Shown piece by piece: positions 40,144 through 50,369 of a stretch of DNA of 64,000 nt. The number at the start of each line of letters is the position of its first letter. Position 1 is the first letter of the stretch. Below the pieces are notes generated by a model, which was given only the letters and a program-made list of their open reading frames with translations, searched no databases and was not told the DNA's origin. The position numbers were made by a program, and so were the translations under genes. The DNA lies in NCBI GenBank assembly GCA_038204425.1, contig JBBRCZ010000001.1:512639-576638 (forward strand), read 5' to 3'. This stretch comes from Spirochaetia bacterium (GTDB lineage: Bacteria > Spirochaetota > Spirochaetia > DSM-27196 > Salinispiraceae).

Positions 40144-41163
40144 GTGTCGGACAAATCAAAAGAAGCGGAAGAAAAAAAGGCTTCATCACTTTCGCTCACA
40201 AGTTTGCTTCTATTCTTTGGCGGGCTTGCCATCGGCTTATTGATTGGGTTCTTTGCATTTCGCTCTATGGCAGCAACAGAAGACTCCAATGACCTAAATA
40301 AAGTAATAACAGGCGACATCTCAAGTTCAACAGAACAGATAGCAGTTGGCGTAACTGGCTCAGGACTTGCTTCTCTTGTACCGCAGTATAACGCTGAAGC
40401 CAAACTGGGAACCGTACCTTGGGAAAATGAAAAGGACTACCTCGACTTCATGACGAGCAGTACCGGAGAAAAACCAGAATGGCTTAAACAACGCTATGCT
40501 CTTGCACAACGCTACATTGCAAGTAAAGAGCTTCAAGGACATGCAATTGAAGGTTTTCTGCGCACGCCTCGTGAGGATTTTGTAAGGTCATTTAATATCA
40601 AACGAGCCTACGAAGACACATGGATGCCAATCGGCTATGGCGCAACCATTACTGACCCAGATGTAGTTTCTATGATGACAACTAGCTTGGACGTCAAACC
40701 TGGGCATCGTATCCTGGAGATAGGTAATGGCTCGGGCTATCAATCGGGCATTTTGTCCAACATCAGCAACTTTGTGTTCTCGATAGAAATTATTGATCCT
40801 CTTCAGAAAGAAACTGACGCCCTCTACACCGCCCTTTCAGAAAAGTATCCACAGTATAAGAATATTAAGAGGAAGCTCGGTGACGGTTACTACGGTTGGG
40901 AAGAATACGCCCCATTTGATCGCATCATCGTGACCTGCTCTATTGATCACTTACCTCCACCACTAATGCAACAGCTATCCAATGATGGTATCATTGTGGT
41001 TCCATTGGGGCCGCCCGGTCGCCAACACATAATGGAGGTCAAAAAGTCGATTGACACTGATGGCAATCAAGTCATCAAACGTCGCGACGTTTACAATGGT
41101 GTCTCGGTTCAGTTTATTCCATTTAGGGACGAAGCTGGCACATCATATTCAGGAAAAAAATAG
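40144..41163 (+). CDS. pcm: Protein-L-isoaspartate O-methyltransferase-like protein with an N-terminal TM anchor
   Basis: PREDFV, AYED..MPIGYGATI, LEIGNGSGYQ, APFDRIIVT and VQFIPF motifs. Confidence 0.8.
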   Translation: MSDKSKEAEEKKASSLSLTSLLLFFGGLAIGLLIGFFAFRSMAATEDSNDLNKVITGDISSSTEQIAVGVTGSGLASLVPQYNAEAKLGTVPWENEKDYLDFMTSSTGEKPEWLKQRYALAQRYIASKELQGHAIEGFLRTPREDFVRSFNIKRAYEDTWMPIGYGATITDPDVVSMMTTSLDVKPGHRILEIGNGSGYQSGILSNISNFVFSIEIIDPLQKETDALYTALSEKYPQYKNIKRKLGDGYYGWEEYAPFDRIIVTCSIDHLPPPLMQQLSNDGIIVVPLGPPGRQHIMEVKKSIDTDGNQVIKRRDVYNGVSVQFIPFRDEAGTSYSGKK

Positions 41164-41322
41164 TCGCCATGTAAACAGTGTCTGTGGCAATTAGCGACAG
41201 ACACGACCAAAAAAAACCGTTGCCCTAGTTAATTGCTAAACAAAAGTATGGTGTAACGCTGTACTTTTTTGAATTTTTGTGTTATAAGATGGCCTTAAAC
41301 CTTCGATAATAAGAAGAGGCCC

Positions 41323-42918
41323 ATGAAAGAACTATTGAATAACCAACATATAGCAACTCGTCAAGTACCGGTGTTTACTACCAAATCAGAAAAGAAACTC
41401 TGTACTAAGTATAACTCAAATCGATTTAGCATCAAAGGAATTTATGCTATTTCGGCTATTGTCTTAACCCTTCTTGTTCTGCTAACAACAGCGATAGTTA
41501 TAGCCCCCGAGGCACAATCTCAAGCTTCTCAAGTAGCCAACACCCTTCTCGAACCACTTGGTGGCGGCGACCCACAAATTGGCAGTGATAGTATTGGTTC
41601 CGGATACGGCGTCAGTGGCCGCGATAGAGACATCAAACACGAAATCCGACATGGTGAGAGTCTTTCAGAGATAGCCTACTTTTATGGTATTGACCCCGAG
41701 AAGCTGGCTGCTTTCAATGACATAAGCAATCCTAACCGTGTCAAAAGCGGCCAAATATTAAACATTCCATCTCGTAGTCGAGAACAGAGCATTAGGCCAG
41801 TTGCCGCACGGCAAGCGCCAATTGTAGCGCGTGCTGTGCCACAACTAAGTGCTAAGCTTAAGATTGTCCACGAAACAAAATTTGATGGACAATCCTATAC
41901 TACCCATTTTAGCGCTCTAGCAGACCAAGAACTTAACATTGCGAGTTATGAATGGGATCTTGGTAACGGTAGAAAGTCATTTAGGCCAGAAACCTTTTGG
42001 TCATACGAAAAGCCGGGCACTTACACGATAAGCCTACGCGGCCGCGGTGAAGACGGTAGGTTTTATAGTTCGGAACCTTGTTACTTAGATGTCCCTCATC
42101 CGCTTACTTCAACCAATCAAAATCAACAGTTTATTACCTTGGGTGCGCAGATGGAAGAATTTAGCCTAGATGGCAAAATTATTAAGGTAAATGGATACGA
42201 CCAGCTTGCCTCAGCTCCTTTTGTACTTTTAGAGTCAAACGAGGAAATTTACCGCTATAGAGCCACGGAGGCTGGATATTTTTCTCTGGTATCTGAATTG
42301 CCAACCGGTAAAGCTAAGAATGTCTTTTTGTTTGTAAGTCCAATTCCGAGCAAACATAGTCAAGATAGTAACCTCAATTGGTATCGCACCCAGTTTAATA
42401 CCGGGACGCTTTCGAATTGTGGCCCTAGCACGGTAAGCATGGCCGCCGCTTGGTCGCAGGGTACTTATTTACCAGTGTTTCAAGTAAGGCAAAATGTGGG
42501 ATGGCGCGGTGACGGTGGCACAAGTTTTGAACAACTTACTAGTGAGCTAAAAAAAGCAGGTGTGCCTATAAAACTAACAAATGTACGAGGCGATCAAGCC
42601 CTAAGAGACGTAATCGACCGAGGCAACATTGCTATAGTCCTGATAAATACTGCGCGAATTAGCAAGTCACGAGCGAATCCAGCCAACGATCTTTTTGGAA
42701 GATACTACAATGACAATGTCGGTCACTACGTAGTGGTAAAAGGTTACTCCTTGGATGGAAAATACTTTGTGGTCTATGACCCAGTTCCTTCGGATTGGAG
42801 TGCCAACAACCACCGGTATTCAGATGGCATTAGCATGATGGGTCAGAATCGTTATTACCTGACAAGTGACGTTATGTCTGGCTTGCGCCGCAACGAAGTA
42901 ATAGAAATCAATAAGTAA
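41323..42918 (+). CDS. TM-LysM-PKD-C39-like cysteine peptidase
   Basis: LysM (GESLSEIA..YGI...N.ISNPN), PKD (YEWDLGNG...YEKPGTYTISL) and papain-like SNCGP...GHYVVVKGY...YDP. Confidence 0.8.
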   Translation: MKELLNNQHIATRQVPVFTTKSEKKLCTKYNSNRFSIKGIYAISAIVLTLLVLLTTAIVIAPEAQSQASQVANTLLEPLGGGDPQIGSDSIGSGYGVSGRDRDIKHEIRHGESLSEIAYFYGIDPEKLAAFNDISNPNRVKSGQILNIPSRSREQSIRPVAARQAPIVARAVPQLSAKLKIVHETKFDGQSYTTHFSALADQELNIASYEWDLGNGRKSFRPETFWSYEKPGTYTISLRGRGEDGRFYSSEPCYLDVPHPLTSTNQNQQFITLGAQMEEFSLDGKIIKVNGYDQLASAPFVLLESNEEIYRYRATEAGYFSLVSELPTGKAKNVFLFVSPIPSKHSQDSNLNWYRTQFNTGTLSNCGPSTVSMAAAWSQGTYLPVFQVRQNVGWRGDGGTSFEQLTSELKKAGVPIKLTNVRGDQALRDVIDRGNIAIVLINTARISKSRANPANDLFGRYYNDNVGHYVVVKGYSLDGKYFVVYDPVPSDWSANNHRYSDGISMMGQNRYYLTSDVMSGLRRNEVIEINK

Positions 42919-43014
42919 TTCGCTATAGAGCAGGATAGTTTCTAATTTTTTTGACAATTTTACTTGATTGTAGGATAGTATCCTTAGGGTTTTGGCAGCT
43001 CTTGGGAAGTAAAA

Positions 43015-45987
43015 ATGAGAAGAAAATCTTACCTGCAAGCTTTTGTTGTTATTTTGATTTTGAGCTCGGCAGTTGACCAAACACGTGCTTTGGATTTTCC
43101 AGACATCTCATTTGAAGTTTTTGACCAAAGCAACGGTCTCAAAAGCTCGGCAATTTCTAGCATTGCACAAGATTCTAAGGGCTTTTTGTGGCTCGGAAGT
43201 CACAACGGGCTCTATCGCTTTGACGGCAGAAACTTTTTAACCATGGAACATGACCCTTTTGATCTAAACTCACTACCCAACAACGTTGTTCAGACCTTGT
43301 ACTTGGATGGCGACTATTTGTGGATAGGTACCTACTCTGGTTTGGCGAGACTTGACCTAAAGAACTACCAAATAATACGTTATCAAAATTCAGAAAATCT
43401 TGTCAGTTCTTTGAGCAACAATATTGTTACTGCAATTGTTCGCACCAATGATGGGAAGCTTTGGGTGGGTACCCTAGATGGTTTAAACTTGCTTAATGAA
43501 GGCGACGGCAGCTTTGAACGTTTCTTTACGTCTTCAGAGAACTTGCCCAACACCGAACACCATAAAATTAGGTCTTTGTTGGACGACAATCAGGGAAGCC
43601 TGTGGATCGGGACTGGAAATGGCGTTTTTAGACGTTCACTTATGGATGGCATCATAAAACACTACCCTGCAGACCAAAGTGGGCTTAAGGGAACACTCGG
43701 AGAGTTTGTGATGCACATGACCATGGATAGCTCAGAAACTATCTGGTTTGCATCGTGGCCCGGAGGACTCTCCCAATATGAAAGAGGGTCTGACAGCTTT
43801 AAATCCTACCGATTTAAAGAAGACCTGCGCTTTTATTCTTTAGTATGTGCCGAAAACGGGCTTGTTTACGCAGGAACCTGGGGTGGAGGGCTGTTTGTTC
43901 TGGATCCAAAAAATGGAGACTATAGGCACTTAAGCAGAAAAGAGCAGACAAAGTCCGGTTTAAAAAATGACACGGTTTATAGTCTTTTCTTTGATAGAGC
44001 CCAAAATCTTTGGCTCGGAACTAACGGTTCTGGTTTGCATAGGTTTGATCCACGTAGTCAAATGTATAAGAATGTGGCAAGTGATGATCCTGACAAGGCT
44101 CAGGCAGAAGGCCGCGTTACTGCAATATTTAATGATTCTAAGGGCAGGTTGTGGACGGCCTATTACAACAACGGCGTCTCGCGGACCAACCTTGACTATG
44201 CCCAACTCAAAAGGTACAAAAATGCTCCTGAGCAAGCTAAGTCGATTGGTTCAAACATCGTCAACAGCATTTACGAGGACCAAGAGGGTAATCTCTGGTT
44301 TTGTACCAATGATGGCTTGAGCCTCTATCGGGAGCAGTATGACGATTTTACTACCATTAGAGCGTCGGGCGTTGTGGGACGAGGTCTCAGTGATTGGATT
44401 ATTTACAGTATTGGCCAAGACCAAAAAGGCAGACTATGGATTGGCACCTACAATCATGGTCTTGTGATTTGGGATAGAAAAAGCGATCAGTGGACTTACC
44501 TCAATCAAAAAAATGATAGAGAACACGGTTTGAGCAACAACTTGATCTACAGTATCGCTACTTTAGAAAACGGTGACATTTTGGCCGGTACCGCGGGCGG
44601 TCTCAATAGAATTGATCCAGAAACCATGCAGGTTAAGCGGTACAAACACCATAGCAACGACCCAACTAGCCTTTCTAATGACTTAGTCCGGTCCATCTTT
44701 GTTGATAGAGACAAAAATGTCTGGGTAGGGACAGCTGGTGGCGGGTTAAATCTTTTTGATGCTCGGCTTGGAAGCTTTCAATCGATAACAAAGGCACACG
44801 GGCTAAGCGGTAACTCGGTAGTCAGTCTTAGCCAAGACTCAACGGCCTGGATCTACGTTGGCACAACTCAGGGACTAAGCAGATTGGACCCTGATAGCAA
44901 GAGCCTTCGGCGAATCACCTTACCTGCGGACCAAACTTTTGATGAAATTAGTACCGGCGCAGCTGGTCTTGTAGACGGGCGAGTCATAGTTGGTCGTTCT
45001 CGCGGTTCTACGATTATAGATAGCAGCTTTGCAAATGAGTTGTCCTTTTCACAGGTACTTATTCATCAAGCCTGGCTTGATGGGGCGCATAGGACTAAGT
45101 CACCACCCAAAAAGGATATCAGCAGTGGTCAAGTTGGCTCCAGTAACCTAAGCGCTCAGTTTTGTCTGATAGATCTTACTCAAGCAAGCCCTGCTCGATT
45201 TCAATGGATACTCGAAGGATTTGATAAAAACTGGAGCGAGCCATCAAATTTTGATTCTGTTCGTTATACTAACTTGGGTGCCGGAGACTATAGTTTTAGG
45301 GTCAGAACCGTAAACGACGACGGTACCATTAATAATAATTCTGACTCAATTTTCTTTACCATAACACCTCATGTTCTTATGTCATGGTGGGCGCTCTTAA
45401 TTTACGCAACTTTGATTGCCGCTTTGATCTTGTTCTTCTTGCTTGGAAACCTTCGGTGGCAGTTTTTTGGACACCGAAAAAAGAACAAGCAACTTATGCT
45501 GGAAAGTGAAAGACTTGGCAAGCGATTGGCTTGGTTGGAAAACCACGACGAACACTACGGGGTTTTAAAACGGAAGAATTTTTTGGAAACACTGTCTCAT
45601 ACTTGGCACCACGTCAAACCAGACCAAAACTTAAGCTTGATATCTCTAAACTTGCCACCACTATTAAGTTATGTCAAACAAGGTCGTTTTGAGGAAGCAG
45701 AGCAAGTAATGGTCTCTGTCTCGGTAAAACTTAAGCAACATCTGGCTAAGAGCGCGGTCTTTGCATTGGCACAATGTGGATCCATTGATCCGTATCGGCT
45801 TTGCATGTACTTGGTCCACCCAAGTAAAACTGATGTTTCACAAGCCGCAGAAGAGTTACGTCAAGATCTTCAAAGCTACCTAGATGTCACCCGTCCGGGA
45901 ATCGTGCTAGAAACCAAACATGTTTGCGAGCGGCTTACACCTGAAGTTCATTGGCAAGGCTTACTGGCAAAGACGCTTGGAGACTGA
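43015..45987 (+). CDS. Beta-propeller/Y_Y_Y periplasmic sensor with a degenerate GGDEF-like tail
   Basis: Many D..G.LWIGT..GL repeats, YTNLGAGDYSFRV, a TM, then a GGDEF-like domain lacking GGDEF. Confidence 0.8.
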   Translation: MRRKSYLQAFVVILILSSAVDQTRALDFPDISFEVFDQSNGLKSSAISSIAQDSKGFLWLGSHNGLYRFDGRNFLTMEHDPFDLNSLPNNVVQTLYLDGDYLWIGTYSGLARLDLKNYQIIRYQNSENLVSSLSNNIVTAIVRTNDGKLWVGTLDGLNLLNEGDGSFERFFTSSENLPNTEHHKIRSLLDDNQGSLWIGTGNGVFRRSLMDGIIKHYPADQSGLKGTLGEFVMHMTMDSSETIWFASWPGGLSQYERGSDSFKSYRFKEDLRFYSLVCAENGLVYAGTWGGGLFVLDPKNGDYRHLSRKEQTKSGLKNDTVYSLFFDRAQNLWLGTNGSGLHRFDPRSQMYKNVASDDPDKAQAEGRVTAIFNDSKGRLWTAYYNNGVSRTNLDYAQLKRYKNAPEQAKSIGSNIVNSIYEDQEGNLWFCTNDGLSLYREQYDDFTTIRASGVVGRGLSDWIIYSIGQDQKGRLWIGTYNHGLVIWDRKSDQWTYLNQKNDREHGLSNNLIYSIATLENGDILAGTAGGLNRIDPETMQVKRYKHHSNDPTSLSNDLVRSIFVDRDKNVWVGTAGGGLNLFDARLGSFQSITKAHGLSGNSVVSLSQDSTAWIYVGTTQGLSRLDPDSKSLRRITLPADQTFDEISTGAAGLVDGRVIVGRSRGSTIIDSSFANELSFSQVLIHQAWLDGAHRTKSPPKKDISSGQVGSSNLSAQFCLIDLTQASPARFQWILEGFDKNWSEPSNFDSVRYTNLGAGDYSFRVRTVNDDGTINNNSDSIFFTITPHVLMSWWALLIYATLIAALILFFLLGNLRWQFFGHRKKNKQLMLESERLGKRLAWLENHDEHYGVLKRKNFLETLSHTWHHVKPDQNLSLISLNLPPLLSYVKQGRFEEAEQVMVSVSVKLKQHLAKSAVFALAQCGSIDPYRLCMYLVHPSKTDVSQAAEELRQDLQSYLDVTRPGIVLETKHVCERLTPEVHWQGLLAKTLGD

Positions 45988-46021
45988 ATGTGGCAATTAG
46001 ACTTGTGAGTGATGCTTGGTA

Positions 46022-46037
46022 CTTGACCTTGGTCAAG
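46022..46037. promoter_or_regulatory. CTTGAC-N4-GTCAAG palindrome upstream of ldhA
   Basis: CTTGACcttgGTCAAG has the same arms as the hcp box. Confidence 0.4.
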
Positions 46038-46172
46038 CCCGAGCAAGAGTGAGACGTTTTTTGAAATTACTCTCCATTGTTATAGTGGACGAGAAAACGA
46101 AAAAGCTGCATTATAGCCCTATACTTAATTTTTTCAGTCATATTTGATTGGTTTGGCCTAAGGAGCACTAAC

Positions 46173-47207
46173 ATGAAAAAGCCACAGAAAAATAATGATT
46201 CTATACCTTTTCGCATCGCCTTCTTTTCTACCAAGGCTTGGGTCCGCAATTCTTTTAATCCAGTAAACGAACGCAAGACCAAGTTGGACTTAACTTTTTT
46301 TGAGCCAAAACTGGACCTTGATACGGCAAGTCTGGCGGCCGGGTTTAAAGCCATCTGCGTCTTTGTTAACGACTTACTTGATGCACCGGTACTCAGCAAA
46401 TTGAGCGGCTTGGGCGTAAAGCTGATCGCGCTACGCTGTTCTGGCTTTAACAACGTCGATATTCGCAAAGCTCATGAATTGGGAATTGCGGTAGTTAGAG
46501 TTCCTGCCTACTCACCTTATGCGGTTGCTGAGCATACCCTTGGTATGATACTGGCACTCAATAGACGCTACCATCGTTCGTTTACGCGAGTTCGCGATGG
46601 CAACTTTTCTTTAGATGGACTCTTGGGCTTTGATATGCACGGCAAAACGGTTGGCATCATTGGAACAGGAAAAATTGGCCAAATTTTTTGCAACCTTTTG
46701 TCAGGTTTTGGCATGACTATATTGGCCTACGACAAATATGAAAACGATGCTCTTAAAGAAAAAGGCGTAACTTACGTCGACTTAGAAACGCTTTACAGCA
46801 AGTCGGACATAATTAGTATGCACTGCCCGCTTACGCCTGAAACCTACCACATGATCAACGCCTATGCGATCAAGTTTATGAAAAAAGGTGCTATGATTAT
46901 TAACACTAGTCGCGGCCCACTGATAGACACTGATGCCGTTATTGATGGCTTAAAGTCGGAACAAATTGGCTACCTGGGTCTAGATGTTTACGAGGAAGAA
47001 CAAGATCTTTTTTTTGAAGACCTAAGCGGTCAAGTAATTCAAGACGATGTATTTGTGCGGCTTTTGGCCTTTCCTAATGTTCTTATTACCGCTCATCAGG
47101 CCTTCTTTACCCAGGAAGCAGTAGACAACATAGCAGAAACAACACTCTTGAACATTAAGGACTTTATAGTCGAGGGATCATCTAAAAACGCAGTCTTGCC
47201 AGCTTAG
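46173..47207 (+). CDS. ldhA: D-lactate dehydrogenase (2-hydroxyacid dehydrogenase)
   Basis: LRCSGFNNVD, PAYSPYAVAEH, GTGKIG, NTSRG and TAHQAFFT motifs. Confidence 0.9.
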   Translation: MKKPQKNNDSIPFRIAFFSTKAWVRNSFNPVNERKTKLDLTFFEPKLDLDTASLAAGFKAICVFVNDLLDAPVLSKLSGLGVKLIALRCSGFNNVDIRKAHELGIAVVRVPAYSPYAVAEHTLGMILALNRRYHRSFTRVRDGNFSLDGLLGFDMHGKTVGIIGTGKIGQIFCNLLSGFGMTILAYDKYENDALKEKGVTYVDLETLYSKSDIISMHCPLTPETYHMINAYAIKFMKKGAMIINTSRGPLIDTDAVIDGLKSEQIGYLGLDVYEEEQDLFFEDLSGQVIQDDVFVRLLAFPNVLITAHQAFFTQEAVDNIAETTLLNIKDFIVEGSSKNAVLPA

Positions 47208-47257
47208 GGCAGGCTTATCTATTGCCCATCAGGTGCATTGCGCAGTAAATTGATTGT

Positions 47258-48322
47258 ATGCTTGCAACGTCGACAAAGATAGGGATTTTGACATCGGGCG
47301 GAGACTGCCCAGGTCTTAACGCTGCTATACGTGGAGTTGGAAAAACTGCCATTTTAAAGTATGGTATGCAAGTTATTGGCATAGTAAATGGTTTTCAGGG
47401 ACTTATAAATTGCGAGGTGACACCCCTCGATGAGCGAAAGCTGTCTGGTATATTGACGCTTGGGGGTACTATCCTTGGCACAAGTCGCGAAAAGCCTTTT
47501 AAAGCAGGTGATAACGACTTGAGTTCTAAACCTGAGCTCATCAAACAAAACTACGAAAAGCTCGGCCTTGACTGTGTAGTTTGTATTGGTGGCAATGGCA
47601 CCATGAAGACGGCAAACAAGCTTGCTAAGCTTGGATTAAATGTTATTGGCATACCAAAAACCATTGACAATGACGTGTGGATGACCGATCTGACTTTTGG
47701 TTTTGATTCTGCAGTTTCTATTGCTACCGAGTCTTTGGATCGGCTCCATACTACTGCCAATAGTCACCGTAGGATAATGGTAATGGAAGTAATGGGGCAC
47801 AATGCCGGTTGGTTGGCACTGCATGCCGGCATTGCCGGTGGCGGTGACGCGATATTGATCCCAGAGATCGGCTGCAATATGCAGATCTTGGCAGACTATC
47901 TGATTGCGCGAGCAGAAGCAGGCAAGCCCTACTCGATTGTGGTTGTGGCCGAAGGTGCAAAAATTCTCACTACGGTTTCCGCAGCTAAGGATCAAAATGA
48001 ATACGGTCAGATGAGTGCTGGGGCGCTATGTGCACGTGAGATAACGCGACTAACGGGCATGGAAACACGTGAAACCATCTTGGGCTATGTCCAGCGAGGT
48101 GGCACTCCAAGTCCCAACGACCGCATCTTGGCCACCCGTTTGGGTACCAAAGCGGCAGAGCTGATTGCACAAAGAGAATTTGGAACTATGGTTGCTCTCA
48201 GGGGCAACGAACTAGTTGCCGTGCCATTGGCTGAGGTGGCCGGTAAACTCAAAACCGTGCCTGTTGATCACCCGCTTGTTGAAGAAGCACGCATGCTCGG
48301 TACATGTTTTGGGGATAAGTAG
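47258..48322 (+). CDS. pfkA: 6-phosphofructokinase
   Basis: TSGGDCPGLN, GGNGT, PKTIDND, EVMGH and GYVQRGG motifs. Confidence 0.93.
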   Translation: MLATSTKIGILTSGGDCPGLNAAIRGVGKTAILKYGMQVIGIVNGFQGLINCEVTPLDERKLSGILTLGGTILGTSREKPFKAGDNDLSSKPELIKQNYEKLGLDCVVCIGGNGTMKTANKLAKLGLNVIGIPKTIDNDVWMTDLTFGFDSAVSIATESLDRLHTTANSHRRIMVMEVMGHNAGWLALHAGIAGGGDAILIPEIGCNMQILADYLIARAEAGKPYSIVVVAEGAKILTTVSAAKDQNEYGQMSAGALCAREITRLTGMETRETILGYVQRGGTPSPNDRILATRLGTKAAELIAQREFGTMVALRGNELVAVPLAEVAGKLKTVPVDHPLVEEARMLGTCFGDK

Positions 48323-48393
48323 TACCCATACCGAAATGAAGGAAGTTGTTTGACTCTTGTCATCTTTGACTAGGGCAAACAGGAAGGAATCCC

Positions 48394-50307
48394 ATGTCCG
48401 ATTTACCCGTGGCACCAGGTCCACAGGATGCAAAAGCAGTTACAGAAGTAAACGAGCTTAATTTTGACAATCTTGGTTTGGGCGAGCGATCTATCGCAGC
48501 TATCAAATCCAAGGGCTTTGAAATACCAACTAAAATTCAAGCTGAAGTCATTCCATTGATTCTTGAAACTAGCCATGATGTCGTTGCTCAGTCACAGACA
48601 GGTACCGGCAAGACGGCGGCTTTTGGCTTACCGATGCTTGAACGTCTTGACGCAGCACGAGGCCCTGTGCAAGCCTTGGTATTGGTACCAACGCGAGAAC
48701 TTGCCGTGCAGGTAGCTGAAGAACTCAACTCACTTAAAGGTGCCAACAAACTAAGCATAGTACCAGTCTATGGCGGTCAAGGTTACGATCTCCAGCTACG
48801 TCACCTTAGACAAGGTGTCGATATCTTGGTCGGCACGCCCGGTCGATTGATAGACCATCTTCAACGCGGCAGTCTCAAACTGGACCAGGTCAAATACGTA
48901 GTCCTCGATGAGGCTGATGAAATGCTTGATATGGGCTTTATCGATGATATCGAAGCCATATTGGGTACCTGTAGCACGCAACGTAGAATGTTGCTTTTTT
49001 CGGCAACTATGCCTGATCGAATTAGACAGATGGCTGACACCTGGATGAAGGATGTCAAACATGTCACCATTAGGACCAAAGCCTCGGCTGTTAGCCTAAC
49101 TGAGCAGAGCTACGTGGAAGTACTAGAGCGGGACAAGTTTGAGGCATTGTGCCGCATAATTGACCATGCTGAAGAGTTTTACGGTATGGTCTTTTGTCGC
49201 ACTAAGGTTGAGACAGACAATTTGTGCTCGCGACTTATGGAGCGCGGTTATGGCGCCGAAGCATTGCATGGTGACATTAACCAAAACATGCGCGAAAAAG
49301 TTCTTGAAGCCTTTCGCAAGCGAGTTTCGGAGATTTTGGTTGCCACTGACGTAGCCGCCCGAGGTATTGACGTAGAAGGTCTAACCCACGTAATTAACTA
49401 CCATCTACCCAACGACCCTGAGTCCTATGTTCACCGCATCGGTCGAACCGGACGTGCTGGACGCGAGGGTGTAGCGATTACTTTTGTCAATCCACAAGAG
49501 TTTCGCAAGCTGCAGTTTATTCAGAAGCATGCCCGCGGTGACATTCGTCGTGACAAGCTGCCTAGCGTAGACGACATAATGACGCAGAAGAAGAACCGTT
49601 TGGTGCGCGACATTCAAAAATATCTTGATCAAACCGACGAAGAACATAATTCGTTGGAACACTTGGCAAGTGAGCTCTTGGCATTGGCCGGCGACACTCC
49701 AAATGCTGCACTAAAAGTAACAGCCGCCATCCTGCGCCATCAGCTAACCGACTACTTTGATGAAGGTCGCTATTCGTCTATCACCGATCTTAGTGTCCGC
49801 GGTGCACGTGACAGCCGAGACAACCGAGGCGGCAACGAGCGCGGACGTTTTGAAAGAAACGACTTTGGCGCTGGATCTGGCTCTGATGACCGAAGTAACT
49901 CTTCGCATTTTGCTGCCGCGGCGGCCGCTGCTGGTCGAGCACGTTTGTACATCTCACGCGGAAAAGCAGATGGCTTTTCTAAACCGGGCTTGGTCAAAGC
50001 AATCTGCTCGTGCTCGGGATTGCGAGATCGTGACATCGACAATGTGGAAGTCTTTGAGTTTTTTAGCTTTGCCACGGTAGACCTTAACCTTGCTGAACGA
50101 GTAATTAGCTCACTTCAAGACAATATGGGTAAACAAAACGGTAAACCCGTTGCCCGTTTTGCTGACGGTGGTAGCGGTGGCGGCGGCAATGGAGGAGTCG
50201 GTGGAGCAGATGGTGGCGGCAGACGACCCTTTAAAAAAGGTCCACCAAGGCCAGGATTTAAATCAGGCGGCGACCGGCCAAACAAGCCACCGTTCCGCAG
50301 AAAATAA
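48394..50307 (+). CDS. deaD: DEAD-box RNA helicase with a DbpA RNA-binding domain
   Basis: QTGTGKT, PTRELA, DEAD, SAT and HRIGRTGR motifs; Gly/Arg-rich tail. Confidence 0.92.
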   Translation: MSDLPVAPGPQDAKAVTEVNELNFDNLGLGERSIAAIKSKGFEIPTKIQAEVIPLILETSHDVVAQSQTGTGKTAAFGLPMLERLDAARGPVQALVLVPTRELAVQVAEELNSLKGANKLSIVPVYGGQGYDLQLRHLRQGVDILVGTPGRLIDHLQRGSLKLDQVKYVVLDEADEMLDMGFIDDIEAILGTCSTQRRMLLFSATMPDRIRQMADTWMKDVKHVTIRTKASAVSLTEQSYVEVLERDKFEALCRIIDHAEEFYGMVFCRTKVETDNLCSRLMERGYGAEALHGDINQNMREKVLEAFRKRVSEILVATDVAARGIDVEGLTHVINYHLPNDPESYVHRIGRTGRAGREGVAITFVNPQEFRKLQFIQKHARGDIRRDKLPSVDDIMTQKKNRLVRDIQKYLDQTDEEHNSLEHLASELLALAGDTPNAALKVTAAILRHQLTDYFDEGRYSSITDLSVRGARDSRDNRGGNERGRFERNDFGAGSGSDDRSNSSHFAAAAAAAGRARLYISRGKADGFSKPGLVKAICSCSGLRDRDIDNVEVFEFFSFATVDLNLAERVISSLQDNMGKQNGKPVARFADGGSGGGGNGGVGGADGGGRRPFKKGPPRPGFKSGGDRPNKPPFRRK

Positions 50308-50332
50308 ACCTAAAGCAAAAAAATAGAAACGG

Positions 50333-50368
50333 CCCCGGCGCGTGCACAGCACGATCCGGGGTTTTTTT
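50333..50368 (+). terminator. Intrinsic terminator
   Basis: ccccgg...ccgggg stem followed by T7. Confidence 0.65.
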
Positions 50369-50369
50369 A

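Noticed and set aside
41164..41322. c-di-GMP or c-di-AMP riboswitch before the LysM peptidase
   Set aside because: Only a simple hairpin (gtgtctgt/acagacac) is present; aptamer motifs were not found.
50160..50230. GGC/GGT-rich tandem-like repeat
   Set aside because: It encodes the ordinary Gly-rich tail of the DEAD-box helicase.
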